Made by a program: the position numbers and the translations under genes
Notes under the pieces: model-generated
Databases searched by the model: none
What the model was told of the DNA's origin: nothing
What the model saw: the letters and a program-made list of their open reading frames with translations, nothing else
Origin: an uncultured Alphaproteobacteria bacterium
GTDB taxonomy: Bacteria > Pseudomonadota > Alphaproteobacteria > Rs-D84
NCBI GenBank assembly: GCA_934272785.1
Contig: CAKQSE010000007.1
Span: 1,151-65,150 of the forward strand
Length of the DNA: 64,000 nt
Direction: 5' to 3'
Shown here: one piece after another, positions 26,085-35,443 of the stretch
Position numbering within the stretch: position 1 is the stretch's first letter
How the letters are laid out: the number at the start of each line of letters is the position of its first letter

Positions 26085-28892
26085 TTATTTCCCCCACACT
26101 GGGGCGATGATGTATTCGGCCGCCAGCGGCACCGCCAGGGTCGCCGCATGGGTCATTGCATATTGAATCCGCGCTGCAAATTCGGTGGCGTCGGCCGCGT
26201 CGCATTCAAAGACCATTTCATCGTGGACCTGCATAATCAGTTTTATTTTGTCCGCATTTGGGTGCACGATGTCGCGATATATTTGCACCATTGCGCGACG
26301 CATCAGGTCGGCCTCGAATCCCTGGATTGGGGCGTTGACCGCGGCACGCATTGCATATGCGCGCAGGCGGGGATTGCGAACCTCGGGCAATTCGATGCGG
26401 CGACCCCATGGGGTATAAACGCATGCGTTCTGCATTGCAAAATCGCGCGTTTGGGCGATGTATTTTTCAATTTCTGGCAGGCCCGCCATGTATGAATTTA
26501 TCAGTTCGGCCGCCGCCACGCGCGATATGCCCAATTGCCCCGCCAGGCCGAACGATGATATCCCGTATATGATTGAAAAGTTCACGGTCTTGGCCGCGCG
26601 GCGCATTTCGCGTGGGACCGGCGCGCCGGGTGCAATGCCGAAAATCTTGCGCGCGGTTTGTTCGTGAATGTCGGTGCCGGCGTGAAATGTTTCCTTGAAC
26701 GTTGCGACGTCGGCGACGTCTGCCAACAGGCGCAGTTGAATTTGGGAATAGTCAACCGAAATCAACAGACGGCCCGCCGGTGCGACAAAGCATTTGCGAA
26801 TCTGTTCCCCCAGTTCGGTTTTAATCGGAATATTTTGCAGGTTCGGATCGCGACTGGACAGGCGTCCGGTGTTCGTGCTGGTCTGTAAATACGTTGTGTG
26901 AATACGACCGTCAGATGCAATTTGCCGCGGCAATGTGTCCGCGTATGTGCCCGCCAACTTGGCAATAGACCGCCATGACAGGATTTTATCAATTATGGGG
27001 TGTGCGTCGGACAGTTCGCCCAAAGCCTCGGCATCGGTGGAACGTTTTTTATTTGCCGGCAACTGTAATTCATCGAACAAAACGGCACCCATTTGCTTTG
27101 GACTGGCGATATTAAATTCGTGCCCGGCCAGTTCCCAGATTTCTGATTCCAGTTTGCCCAGGCTGTCGTGAAATGCGCCCGACAGTTGTTGCAGGCCCGC
27201 GCGATTGACCAAAACGCCCGCTCGTTCCATCTGGACCAGGACCGGCATCAGTGGCAAATCACAGGTTTCGTATAACGCGCGCAATTTTTCATTTGCGTCC
27301 AGGCGCGGGCGCAATATTTCATACAGTGCCATACAGACCGTCGCATCTTCGGCCGCATAGGGCGCGGCGACGGATATGTCCAGGCGTGCAAAGTGCATGT
27401 CGACGTCGCGCGTCTTGGGCGGGAACAGTGATGAAAAATGAATATTCTCGTGCCCCAGGTGCAACATCGCCAATTCGTCCAGACCGTGCCCGTGCAATGT
27501 CCCGTCCAGCGCATATGACAACAGCATTGTGTCATCAACCGGGGAAATTTTTTCAATATCCCACCCATCGTTCGCCATTATGTGCAGGTCGTATTTCAGG
27601 TTATGTCCAACCTTGGTAATATCTGGATTTTCCAGTATCGGGCGCAGGGCGTCATACACCGCGGAAACCGATAGCTGGTGCGGGGCGGGCGCGTCGGTGC
27701 CGAACAAATCGGTCGCGGGTGCCGTATGGCGCAATGGAATATACGCGCCGTGTGTCGCGTCGGCGGCCAGGGAAATGCCCACCATTTTATCGGCAATTGG
27801 ATTCAGGCCGGTTGTTTCGGTATCGATTGCGACCACGTGATTTATGCGTGATAAAAATTTTTGTAATGCGGCGGCGTCCTGGATTATTTCAAATGTCATT
27901 GGGCGCACCGGGGCGGATTGGGGTGCCGGTGCGCGGGGCGTGGTGGTAATTTCCACCGGGCATTGTGACGTGGCAAACTGAAATTCCGGCACCGGTTGCG
28001 ATGCGTCAAATTTTTCCATCGGGAACAGTTTTTCAATCTTGGCCACCAGGGAATTACTTTCCAATTTTGTGCGAACAAATTCCAGTGCCGCGGGCGTATT
28101 AAACCGAAATGGCGTGATGTCCAGGCCCGACAAGTCCACGTCTGATTTCAACTGCACCAATTGACGCGACACGTATGCCAATTCGCGATTATCGCGCAAC
28201 AGGTTGCGTGTGCGTTCGTTTTTGATTTCGTCCAGGTGGTCATACAGTGCGTCCAGACAGCCAAACTGGTTTATCAGTTCGGCGGCCTTTTTCGGACCAA
28301 TGCCCGGCACGCCCGGCACGTTGTCAGACGAATCGCCCATCAGTGCCTGGACATCAACCACGCGGTCGGGTGTGACGCCGAATTTTTCCAGCACGCCGGG
28401 CGCGCGGATTTCCCGTTGTTTCATACCGTCATACAGGAATACGCAATCGGATACCAGTTGCATCAAATCCTTGTCCCCGGTGATGATGCGGGTGCTGTCG
28501 GTGGTGGAACAATTTTGCCGCGCCAGTGTCGCGATGACATCATCTGCTTCGACCCCGGGGATACACAAGACTGGCATTCCCATTGCCGCCGCGCCGGCGC
28601 GCACCATGTGCGATTGCGTGATTAAATCGTCGGGTGTTTCGGGACGGTTGGCCTTGTATGCAGGGTAAATGTCCTGGCGGAAAGAAATGCGCGACGCATC
28701 AAACACGCATACAAATGCGTCGCCGGGTCGCGCCGCCGACAATATCGGCAACATCATATTGAAAAATCCATACACCGCACCCACAGGTGTGCCGTCACTG
28801 CGCGTCAGGCGACTGTGCACGCCATAATACGCGCGAAATAATAACGAATTTCCATCAATCAGTGTCAGCATTTGAATTTTTCCATATGACAA
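26085..28892 (-). CDS. polA: DNA polymerase I
   Basis: 5'-nuclease N-terminus (LIDGNSLLFRAYY), a 3'-5' exonuclease region, and polymerase motifs DYSQIQLRLLA, RRAAKTVNFSIIYG and QVHDEMVFE. The true start may be ATG 28871 rather than the TTG at 28892. Confidence 0.95.
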   Translation of the reverse strand: MSYGKIQMLTLIDGNSLLFRAYYGVHSRLTRSDGTPVGAVYGFFNMMLPILSAARPGDAFVCVFDASRISFRQDIYPAYKANRPETPDDLITQSHMVRAGAAAMGMPVLCIPGVEADDVIATLARQNCSTTDSTRIITGDKDLMQLVSDCVFLYDGMKQREIRAPGVLEKFGVTPDRVVDVQALMGDSSDNVPGVPGIGPKKAAELINQFGCLDALYDHLDEIKNERTRNLLRDNRELAYVSRQLVQLKSDVDLSGLDITPFRFNTPAALEFVRTKLESNSLVAKIEKLFPMEKFDASQPVPEFQFATSQCPVEITTTPRAPAPQSAPVRPMTFEIIQDAAALQKFLSRINHVVAIDTETTGLNPIADKMVGISLAADATHGAYIPLRHTAPATDLFGTDAPAPHQLSVSAVYDALRPILENPDITKVGHNLKYDLHIMANDGWDIEKISPVDDTMLLSYALDGTLHGHGLDELAMLHLGHENIHFSSLFPPKTRDVDMHFARLDISVAAPYAAEDATVCMALYEILRPRLDANEKLRALYETCDLPLMPVLVQMERAGVLVNRAGLQQLSGAFHDSLGKLESEIWELAGHEFNIASPKQMGAVLFDELQLPANKKRSTDAEALGELSDAHPIIDKILSWRSIAKLAGTYADTLPRQIASDGRIHTTYLQTSTNTGRLSSRDPNLQNIPIKTELGEQIRKCFVAPAGRLLISVDYSQIQLRLLADVADVATFKETFHAGTDIHEQTARKIFGIAPGAPVPREMRRAAKTVNFSIIYGISSFGLAGQLGISRVAAAELINSYMAGLPEIEKYIAQTRDFAMQNACVYTPWGRRIELPEVRNPRLRAYAMRAAVNAPIQGFEADLMRRAMVQIYRDIVHPNADKIKLIMQVHDEMVFECDAADATEFAARIQYAMTHAATLAVPLAAEYIIAPVWGK

Positions 28893-28932
28893 TTAAAATC
28901 ATGGGGACGCAAACATGCGCCCCCGCATTTTA

Positions 28933-29478
28933 TTAAAACACATAGCGCAATTTCAGGCGGCCTTCGTATTGCAGGACGTCTGGCTTTTTATCGCCGATTT
29001 CGTAAATGTCTGGCGCATACAGGGCGCGCGCCTCGGCATCGACCTTGATTGGTAATGCCGGCACATCAAATGTCAGCCCCAACATTCCCTGGTATGCCGC
29101 GCCGTGCTTGATATCAACCGACGGAATATCAACGTCGCCACCAAACACGCCACCAATACCAACGCCCAGATACGGGTGCACAACCGTCGACGGCATTTTC
29201 ACATACAGGTTTGCCATGCCGACGTGCATTTTGACCAAATCGTGATTCAGGTAACTGTATTCGCCCTCGATACGCAGAACGGGGATATCAACGCCCAGAA
29301 CCGCGCCATATGATTGCGCATTTTCAGTCTTGTTATCGTGACCGCCAAATTGGCTGGCCGCGCCAACGCCGATTGTCGCACCGGCATAGAAATCATACAA
29401 GACGTTACTTGCATTGGCATTTGCGCCGGTGAACAACACAGACGCCAGGGTTAAAATGCCCGCAGTTTTTAATTTCAT
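28933..29478 (-). CDS. Small outer-membrane beta-barrel protein (OmpX/OmpW-like, 8-stranded type)
   Basis: Signal peptide ...FTGANANA, alternating hydrophobic strands and a C-terminal ...LKLRYVF. Confidence 0.75.
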   Translation of the reverse strand: MKLKTAGILTLASVLFTGANANASNVLYDFYAGATIGVGAASQFGGHDNKTENAQSYGAVLGVDIPVLRIEGEYSYLNHDLVKMHVGMANLYVKMPSTVVHPYLGVGIGGVFGGDVDIPSVDIKHGAAYQGMLGLTFDVPALPIKVDAEARALYAPDIYEIGDKKPDVLQYEGRLKLRYVF

Positions 29479-29525
29479 ATTTTTCTCCTTTGTGTGATAT
29501 TATAATAGAAAAAAGAGATATCGAT

Positions 29526-30062
29526 ATGCAAGAAAATAAACCTGTTTTGGTCGTTGGACTGGGCAATCCCGGGGCGCAATACGCATCGACGCGTCATAAT
29601 GTTGGATTTATGGCGGTACAAAAATTAGCCGGGGCGGACGCCACATGGCGCAATGAAAAAAATGCCAAAACCACGTCCGTGAATATTGATGGACATCGCG
29701 TTATATTCGCAATGCCCCAGACTTTTATGAACTTGTCGGGGGACGCGGTGCGGCCACTGATGGCGTTTTATAAAATCCCATTGGAAAATTTAATTGTGAT
29801 TCACGATGACATGGACCTGGGGGTGGGGCGTGTCAAGACCAAGATTGGCGGGGGCAGTGCGGGTCACAACGGCATTAAATCAATTGATGCGGCGGTTGGC
29901 AATGAATACCGGCGTATTCGAATCGGTATCGGTCACCCGCGTGATATGGGATTACCAATAAATCCGGCGGATTGGGTGCTGGGGAAATTTGATGATGCGC
30001 AAATGACGGAAATAAATCGCGCGATTTCAGAAATCAATTTGTTTTGTCACCATCAAATTTGA
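29526..30062 (+). CDS. pth: Peptidyl-tRNA hydrolase
   Basis: VVGLGNPGAQYASTRHNVGF motif. Start at ATG 29526 (MQENKPVL) is preferred to the TTG at 29490. Confidence 0.93.
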   Translation: MQENKPVLVVGLGNPGAQYASTRHNVGFMAVQKLAGADATWRNEKNAKTTSVNIDGHRVIFAMPQTFMNLSGDAVRPLMAFYKIPLENLIVIHDDMDLGVGRVKTKIGGGSAGHNGIKSIDAAVGNEYRRIRIGIGHPRDMGLPINPADWVLGKFDDAQMTEINRAISEINLFCHHQI

Positions 30063-31278
30063 TGATTTCATCGCCCTTGTCTGGCGGTGGCGGCAGGGTA
30101 AAACAACCAACACTATCACAGAATTTTGTGCCATCGGTGCCCCGTTTGATACCACATTCGTTTTTGCCGGCGTTTTTACCAGACGACGTTGTGCCGGCTG
30201 GGCATGCGTCACATGTTGTGCTCCGGTCGGTTGAATAATACCCCGCGAGTGTTGGAACGCATGTGGTCGTTGGCGGGTTGGTCACAGGAACACAGTATCT
30301 CTCGATACACTCCACCACTTGCACCGTCTTGCATGTTTCATTGTTAAATCCGGTGACCGTGTCATAGCTGCATTGCACTTTTTGTTTGCCAATCTGTTCA
30401 TTGTTGGACATTATCGGGATTGGGTATTTATCATTTGTGGTGCATTTGCAGTCGTGGTAATCATATTCACCTGTCTCTTTGTTATATATGGCGTCGTCAT
30501 CACTAAGCTCGGCGTCTTGTTGCCATCCTTCACACGCCAGACGTACCTCTGAAACATCACTACATTTGATGTTCTTTCTCATGCATTGGCCCAGGTTTTT
30601 CAATTGGCCTTCAGTGTAACAAACAAATCCGCCGTTGGTCGCGGTATCTGTTATGACGAATTCATACACGTCGCTGTCTTCGCATCCGTTGGCATAACAG
30701 TCAAATTTACCGTTATCGTTTCTTAGATAGTATTTCGTTGTTGCACCCTTGTTGCAATCGATGCCAATCTCGGCTTTTGGTGGGCGGGTTGTTGTCCAAC
30801 GTTTCTCGCACGAACCGTTAGATTCAAAATATGAATCGCACACGTTTGTTAATGGTTTCCCATCGGGATTGACCGTGCCAGTGTTACATGTTAAACATAA
30901 GTTGCAATCTCTGCCGTTATACGCTTTGCTATCCTCTGGACTACATGGACCACGTGTTCCATAGGTAACACTGGTTGTGGGGCAGTCCTTGTAACAGTCG
31001 GAAACGTCAGTTGCCTTGGCCACGCCCTCTCTGTTTGTGTTTGGATAGTCTGTTGGACATTGTTCACACTTGCCACTAGTGCCATACCAACCATTTTTGC
31101 ATTTTAAGCACATATTCAAAAATGAATCATAATAGCAACCATCATTCTCACCAATCAGACAGTTGCCAGTTGAGGCATCCTTATAGCACAGGTCATCTGT
31201 GCTTATTATAGAATCAGCATGTGCAACGTTTAATGGTAATACCAGACATGTAATAAAGATTGCGATTTTTTTTCTCAT
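30034..31278 (-). CDS. Secreted cysteine-rich protein with CxxC/furin-repeat-like modules
   Basis: 414 aa from ATG 31278. Signal peptide MRKKIAIFITCLVLPLNVAHA. Cys residues are dense, with patterns such as CLKCKNGWYGTSGKCEQCP and CDACPAGTTSSGKNAGKNEC. The 3' end overlaps pth convergently by 29 nt. Confidence 0.7.
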   Translation of the reverse strand: MRKKIAIFITCLVLPLNVAHADSIISTDDLCYKDASTGNCLIGENDGCYYDSFLNMCLKCKNGWYGTSGKCEQCPTDYPNTNREGVAKATDVSDCYKDCPTTSVTYGTRGPCSPEDSKAYNGRDCNLCLTCNTGTVNPDGKPLTNVCDSYFESNGSCEKRWTTTRPPKAEIGIDCNKGATTKYYLRNDNGKFDCYANGCEDSDVYEFVITDTATNGGFVCYTEGQLKNLGQCMRKNIKCSDVSEVRLACEGWQQDAELSDDDAIYNKETGEYDYHDCKCTTNDKYPIPIMSNNEQIGKQKVQCSYDTVTGFNNETCKTVQVVECIERYCVPVTNPPTTTCVPTLAGYYSTDRSTTCDACPAGTTSSGKNAGKNECGIKRGTDGTKFCDSVGCFTLPPPPDKGDEIIKFDGDKTN

Positions 31279-31348
31279 CCTGGGGATAATGGTATGAAAT
31301 ATCGGGGGGCAAATCAACAAAAAACCGACCGTGCGGTCGGTTTAATTT

Positions 31349-31789
31349 TTAACGTTGCTTTGGGGCATATGGGGTATTCACCGTCCAGCCTTTCTCAACA
31401 AACCACAAACTGTCGGATTTCCAGCACTCGCCCGGGGTAAAGACAAGGTTTCCACGTCCACGAACACGCTCTGGATCTAAAATAATTCGTCTTTCCAATG
31501 CTTCTCGTAGCATGTGGAGCGTTGAACCACTATAATCGGTATATAATGCCCCTTTGTTAAGATATTTTAAATATATATTGTTTACCATTGGATCTTTTAT
31601 GTGCTTGGCAATATTTATTTCGGTAATTTCATCATAATACATATTGAACCATTCCAATTCAACGTCGTGTTTTAAATCTTTTTCGTCATCGTCGTTGCTG
31701 CATGACGCCGGGACCATTGATGCGCCCGCTAACGCCAGTATCGGCAACGCCGTCTTTAATTTATATGGCAATTTTTGCAGGATTTTCAT
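31349..31789 (-). CDS. Hypothetical lipoprotein
   Basis: Signal sequence with a lipobox-like ...LALAGASMVPASC followed by an acidic linker. The gene is AT-rich and no family was recognised. Confidence 0.55.
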   Translation of the reverse strand: MKILQKLPYKLKTALPILALAGASMVPASCSNDDDEKDLKHDVELEWFNMYYDEITEINIAKHIKDPMVNNIYLKYLNKGALYTDYSGSTLHMLREALERRIILDPERVRGRGNLVFTPGECWKSDSLWFVEKGWTVNTPYAPKQR

Positions 31790-32126
31790 TTTTTGTTACC
31801 CCTTTTGTTTTTTTGTTGTGCGTTGTTCGGAATTTTTTCCTGAAAAACGCATAAAAGCAAAAGGGCCCGTAAAAATACGGACCCAATTACCCATTTATTA
31901 TAAAACCAGACACAATCCCACACGTGACCGCGCCAGTCCCGACCGCCACGCCGCCCGATGGCGACGTGGCGCAAAAATGCGAAATAAATACATTTGTTCG
32001 GAACATAACGTGACCCATGTGTTTTTGTATCTGGTTTCGGTTTAGTTCATACAAATTGTGGTCAAAAAAAGATTGTTTGTCAAGTATAAAGTGCGCAATA
32101 TCAAACGGTTAGGATTTTTATCCGTA

Positions 32127-35100
32127 TTATCGCAGTGTGATTATACTGTGAAATGGTTCGCTGCCTTCCGTTGTGTCTGGGTTATCGGAATTATTACTGC
32201 GGCATTGCCACGTCCATTTCGGTTTACCGTTCGCATCTATGCCGTCATATTGGCGGGTGCACGTTTTGCCTGGGCTGGGTCTGTATAAACTCTGATACTT
32301 GACGCCGTATGTGCCATTATTATACAGCGGGTTGAAATATGCACTGTATTCGTATGATTTGTTGGCAGTGCTATACGGGCTATGTATGATAATTACATAG
32401 TTCCCAGTGCAACGTAATTCATCACCATTTGGGAAACCATCGCGGACTGTGCCGGCGGCAGAGATCTGATTATTGCCAACACATACCAGCATCGCTTGTT
32501 GGCCATTGGTCTTCGCACCATATGGACTGTTTGCGTCCGGCATCTGGAACTGGGCCACAATGCGGTAAGACGCATTTTTGCCCAAGCATAATTTGTGATC
32601 GTTGCCAGTATTATAGGTTAGTACGTTCAGTGTTGCGCCGGTATAATCGGTTGTGTTATTGCTGGAAATTGGAACCAAGTTATCCGCAACGCCACAACAG
32701 GTCCCAAACAGATCCTGGTCACCGCTGGGATCGTCGATGCCGCAACAGTTGTCCACCCCGTCAAATAACTGTATGCGTTTTTTGACTTCGCACGCTATAT
32801 TGCTGCTGTCCATATCTTTGGTTGCAACGCATCCTTGGGAAGCACTCATTGTTTCGCCGACGCCGCATTGGGTATTGCTGCAGCTGTTGGGTGCATCGGC
32901 GGTGCCGGTGTTTTTTGCAAACCATGCCATCAGTGTATCTGTGTCGCCAGTCCCCGGTATTTTAATTTTGTTGGTGTCGGTGTCGCCTGTCAATGCCGTT
33001 TTTGTATCAGATTCACAGTTGCCCCACAGGCGTTCCGCCAGTCGGCATGTATAGCATTCAATTGATGACGGTGCGGCGCATTCTTGGGTGCAAATGTCAT
33101 CTATTCGGTTGTCGCTGGAACACTTTTTCGTATCGTCTGTGGCATAAAGGTCACAGCCATAGAGTTGTGTATAGAAATTGCCACTGTCGTTGATTTGACC
33201 TTCGGTATCCTGGCGGGTCCAGATTTGTTTGATTGCGTCATCGCCCGCAGATGCAACGCAATCCTTGACATCGGACCAGCATGATGTGCGGTCAACAATC
33301 GCATGACGATTGACCGATGTTTGGATATTTTCACACAGGCCGAAATTGCCAGAAATAGACTTGCACGCCTGGATGATACAGGCACGTCCAACCTCGCGAC
33401 AGGTTTGCATTACGGTGTCAAACGTCTTGTCTGTGGCGATGGTGGTCATGCCACCGACCCAATCGGTATCGCCGCCCGTGGTTTTCAGTAATGCCGTGCA
33501 TGCAGTGCGAACATCGGCGCACATGGCGTTGACGGTTTTATCCGCCGCAACACCAAATGTTGACAACGCACGCGCATCAAAATCCTGTAACGATTTTGCC
33601 GTGTCACTGAGGCATTGTGTGGTCAGCGTGGTGCATGCCTGGCGCATATCTTCCAGTTTGGATTCCTGGGCCAATTTGATTTGGGCCAGGGCATCTTCGA
33701 TAAATGCGTCCCATACCGTGTCGGCAATGTCTTGGCAATTTTCCATCGCGGGTTCCAAGAATTTCTTTTTTGAATTCAGGTATGTGACAAACACCTGGTT
33801 CCCGGGGACCGATGTCCAGGTCTGGTCGGTGTCAGGGCGTGTGATTAAATTGTTCAAATTCGCCAGGTCAACGGTCAAGAATGCCTCGCCCGTGGAGGGG
33901 TCAATGTAACGGCCCGTTGTATCCAAACATTTGCCCAGGTTATCCCCGCACACGGTCGAATCGGTCAGCATGGCCAACATCTTGCTTTTACAGGTCAATA
34001 TGTCGTCGGAATTGCGTTTCTGGTAAATGTCCAGGCGCGACATGTCCAGCAGCGCGCTGCCCTCGCGCAGTTTTTCGCGTGCCTGGTCCGTTTGGGTCTG
34101 GTATGTCTTGGCGACCGTGTTGCAGTCCTGTTCAATGGTGACCTGGTATCCACTCTCGGCAATAGAGAGTTCGTCGTCGGTGCAAACCTCGGCCGCCATT
34201 TCGCGACACACGGGCAGGGCCGCCGAATACAATGCCGTGCCGGATTTCGCCGTGTTCGCCGCCCCAGATAATGAATCCACACTGTCAAATGCGGCGTCGG
34301 TATCCAATGATAATGATATCGCCGTCAGCGAATTGTCAAAATTGCTGTCGCTGAAACTGGTGTTTAATTTTTTCGCGATTTCATCCAGCATCTTTTTTGA
34401 TTTTGATGTGTCCTTTTGCTGGAACGCCAGTTCTCCTTCGGTCGCCTGGTTTAATGCGGCGGCGTCTTCCTTGTCCATGTTGACTGTCAACAACCGTTGG
34501 TTGAAATCCAACATTTTGTCTTCGACGGCGTCCAGACTCTTTTTCACGTTGTCAAATTCGTTCATTCGGGACGAACATGCGCAACGTTTCAGCTGGCTGT
34601 CCTTGTTCGCGCAGAATTCATCCATACAGGTATAATAAACCTCGCGACATTTTTTGTAATCGCGGTTGATAACATCGTCGGCGGTGAGGTTTTTTGTTGC
34701 GTCGGTTGTTGCCGCGCGTGATATGGCGGCGCGCGCAGATGTCGCGCTGCGCGATGTGGCGCGTGATTGTGGCGTCCCACTGCGTGTGGTGGTGGTGGCG
34801 CGTGATTGTGTGGTCCCGGTGCGCGCGGGCGTGGCGGTGCGCGATACGGTTGCGCGCGCAGGCGTGGCGGTCGCGCCACCGGTGCGTTGTGATACCGCGG
34901 TGCGTGATGTAACGTTTGTTGTGCCGGCCCCGCGCGTTGTTGTTGTGGCGGCACCACCCGTTGTATTTCGATTGCGGACCGTTGTTTGGGTATTTGCCGT
35001 GCCAATGCCCGACGCAATACGCGACGTGGCGGTGGTGGATACCGGCGCGGTGGTGGTCGCACTGCCCCGATTAGTTGACACGACGGCACCCGACGTGCGG

Positions 35101-35201
35101 CGTGTTCCGGCACGCGCGACATCGTCGCCATCGGTCGCCCATGATGGCAAAAAAGGCACCAACATCAGGCATGTGGCAAAAAAGAGTTTGATTCCTTTCA
35201 T
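32127..35201 (-). CDS. Large secreted protein with an N-terminal Thr/Ala/Arg-rich low-complexity region and a Cys-rich body
   Basis: 1024 aa from ATG 35201 (MKGIKLFFATCLMLVPFLPSWA). About 170 aa of T/A/R/S repeats are followed by CREVYYTCMDEFCANKDSQLKRCACS and many further Cys residues. The ORF-track start at 35306 overlaps a tRNA. Confidence 0.75.
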   Translation of the reverse strand: MKGIKLFFATCLMLVPFLPSWATDGDDVARAGTRRTSGAVVSTNRGSATTTAPVSTTATSRIASGIGTANTQTTVRNRNTTGGAATTTTRGAGTTNVTSRTAVSQRTGGATATPARATVSRTATPARTGTTQSRATTTTRSGTPQSRATSRSATSARAAISRAATTDATKNLTADDVINRDYKKCREVYYTCMDEFCANKDSQLKRCACSSRMNEFDNVKKSLDAVEDKMLDFNQRLLTVNMDKEDAAALNQATEGELAFQQKDTSKSKKMLDEIAKKLNTSFSDSNFDNSLTAISLSLDTDAAFDSVDSLSGAANTAKSGTALYSAALPVCREMAAEVCTDDELSIAESGYQVTIEQDCNTVAKTYQTQTDQAREKLREGSALLDMSRLDIYQKRNSDDILTCKSKMLAMLTDSTVCGDNLGKCLDTTGRYIDPSTGEAFLTVDLANLNNLITRPDTDQTWTSVPGNQVFVTYLNSKKKFLEPAMENCQDIADTVWDAFIEDALAQIKLAQESKLEDMRQACTTLTTQCLSDTAKSLQDFDARALSTFGVAADKTVNAMCADVRTACTALLKTTGGDTDWVGGMTTIATDKTFDTVMQTCREVGRACIIQACKSISGNFGLCENIQTSVNRHAIVDRTSCWSDVKDCVASAGDDAIKQIWTRQDTEGQINDSGNFYTQLYGCDLYATDDTKKCSSDNRIDDICTQECAAPSSIECYTCRLAERLWGNCESDTKTALTGDTDTNKIKIPGTGDTDTLMAWFAKNTGTADAPNSCSNTQCGVGETMSASQGCVATKDMDSSNIACEVKKRIQLFDGVDNCCGIDDPSGDQDLFGTCCGVADNLVPISSNNTTDYTGATLNVLTYNTGNDHKLCLGKNASYRIVAQFQMPDANSPYGAKTNGQQAMLVCVGNNQISAAGTVRDGFPNGDELRCTGNYVIIIHSPYSTANKSYEYSAYFNPLYNNGTYGVKYQSLYRPSPGKTCTRQYDGIDANGKPKWTWQCRSNNSDNPDTTEGSEPFHSIITLR

Positions 35202-35264
35202 TCTTTTATATGTTGATGTTAGCAAAATTACAGAATCCCGGGCAAGGGAAAAATAAGAAATTCT

Positions 35265-35349
35265 TGGTGCGGACAGGGGGACTTGAACCCCCAAGGTTTG
35301 CACCACAGCATCCTTAGTGCTGCGCGTCTACCAATTTCGCCATGCCCGC
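35265..35349 (-). tRNA. tRNA-Leu, anticodon read as AAG
   Basis: Hand-folded 85-nt class II tRNA: acceptor GCGGGCA/TGTCCGC, D-arm GCG-AAATTGGTAGA-CGC, anticodon stem CAGCA/TGCTG with loop CTAAGGA (positions 34-36 = AAG), variable arm, T-arm GGGGG-TTCAAGT-CCCCC and an encoded CCA. Confidence 0.8.
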
Positions 35350-35443
35350 GTGCCAGTGCGATATATTCTTATCAATATGTGGTTTGTTTTTCAACCGTTT
35401 TTGTGATATCATATGGGTAAAAATGGAAAGGTAAGGATTTTAT

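Noticed and set aside
31852-31884. Terminator-like hairpin gggcccgta-aaaa-tacggaccc (minus strand, followed by TTTTGCTTTT) between the large Cys-rich gene and the lipoprotein gene
   Set aside because: The stem contains a C-A mismatch, and the hairpin lies about 240 nt from the upstream stop codon. It is plausible but too weak to list as a feature.
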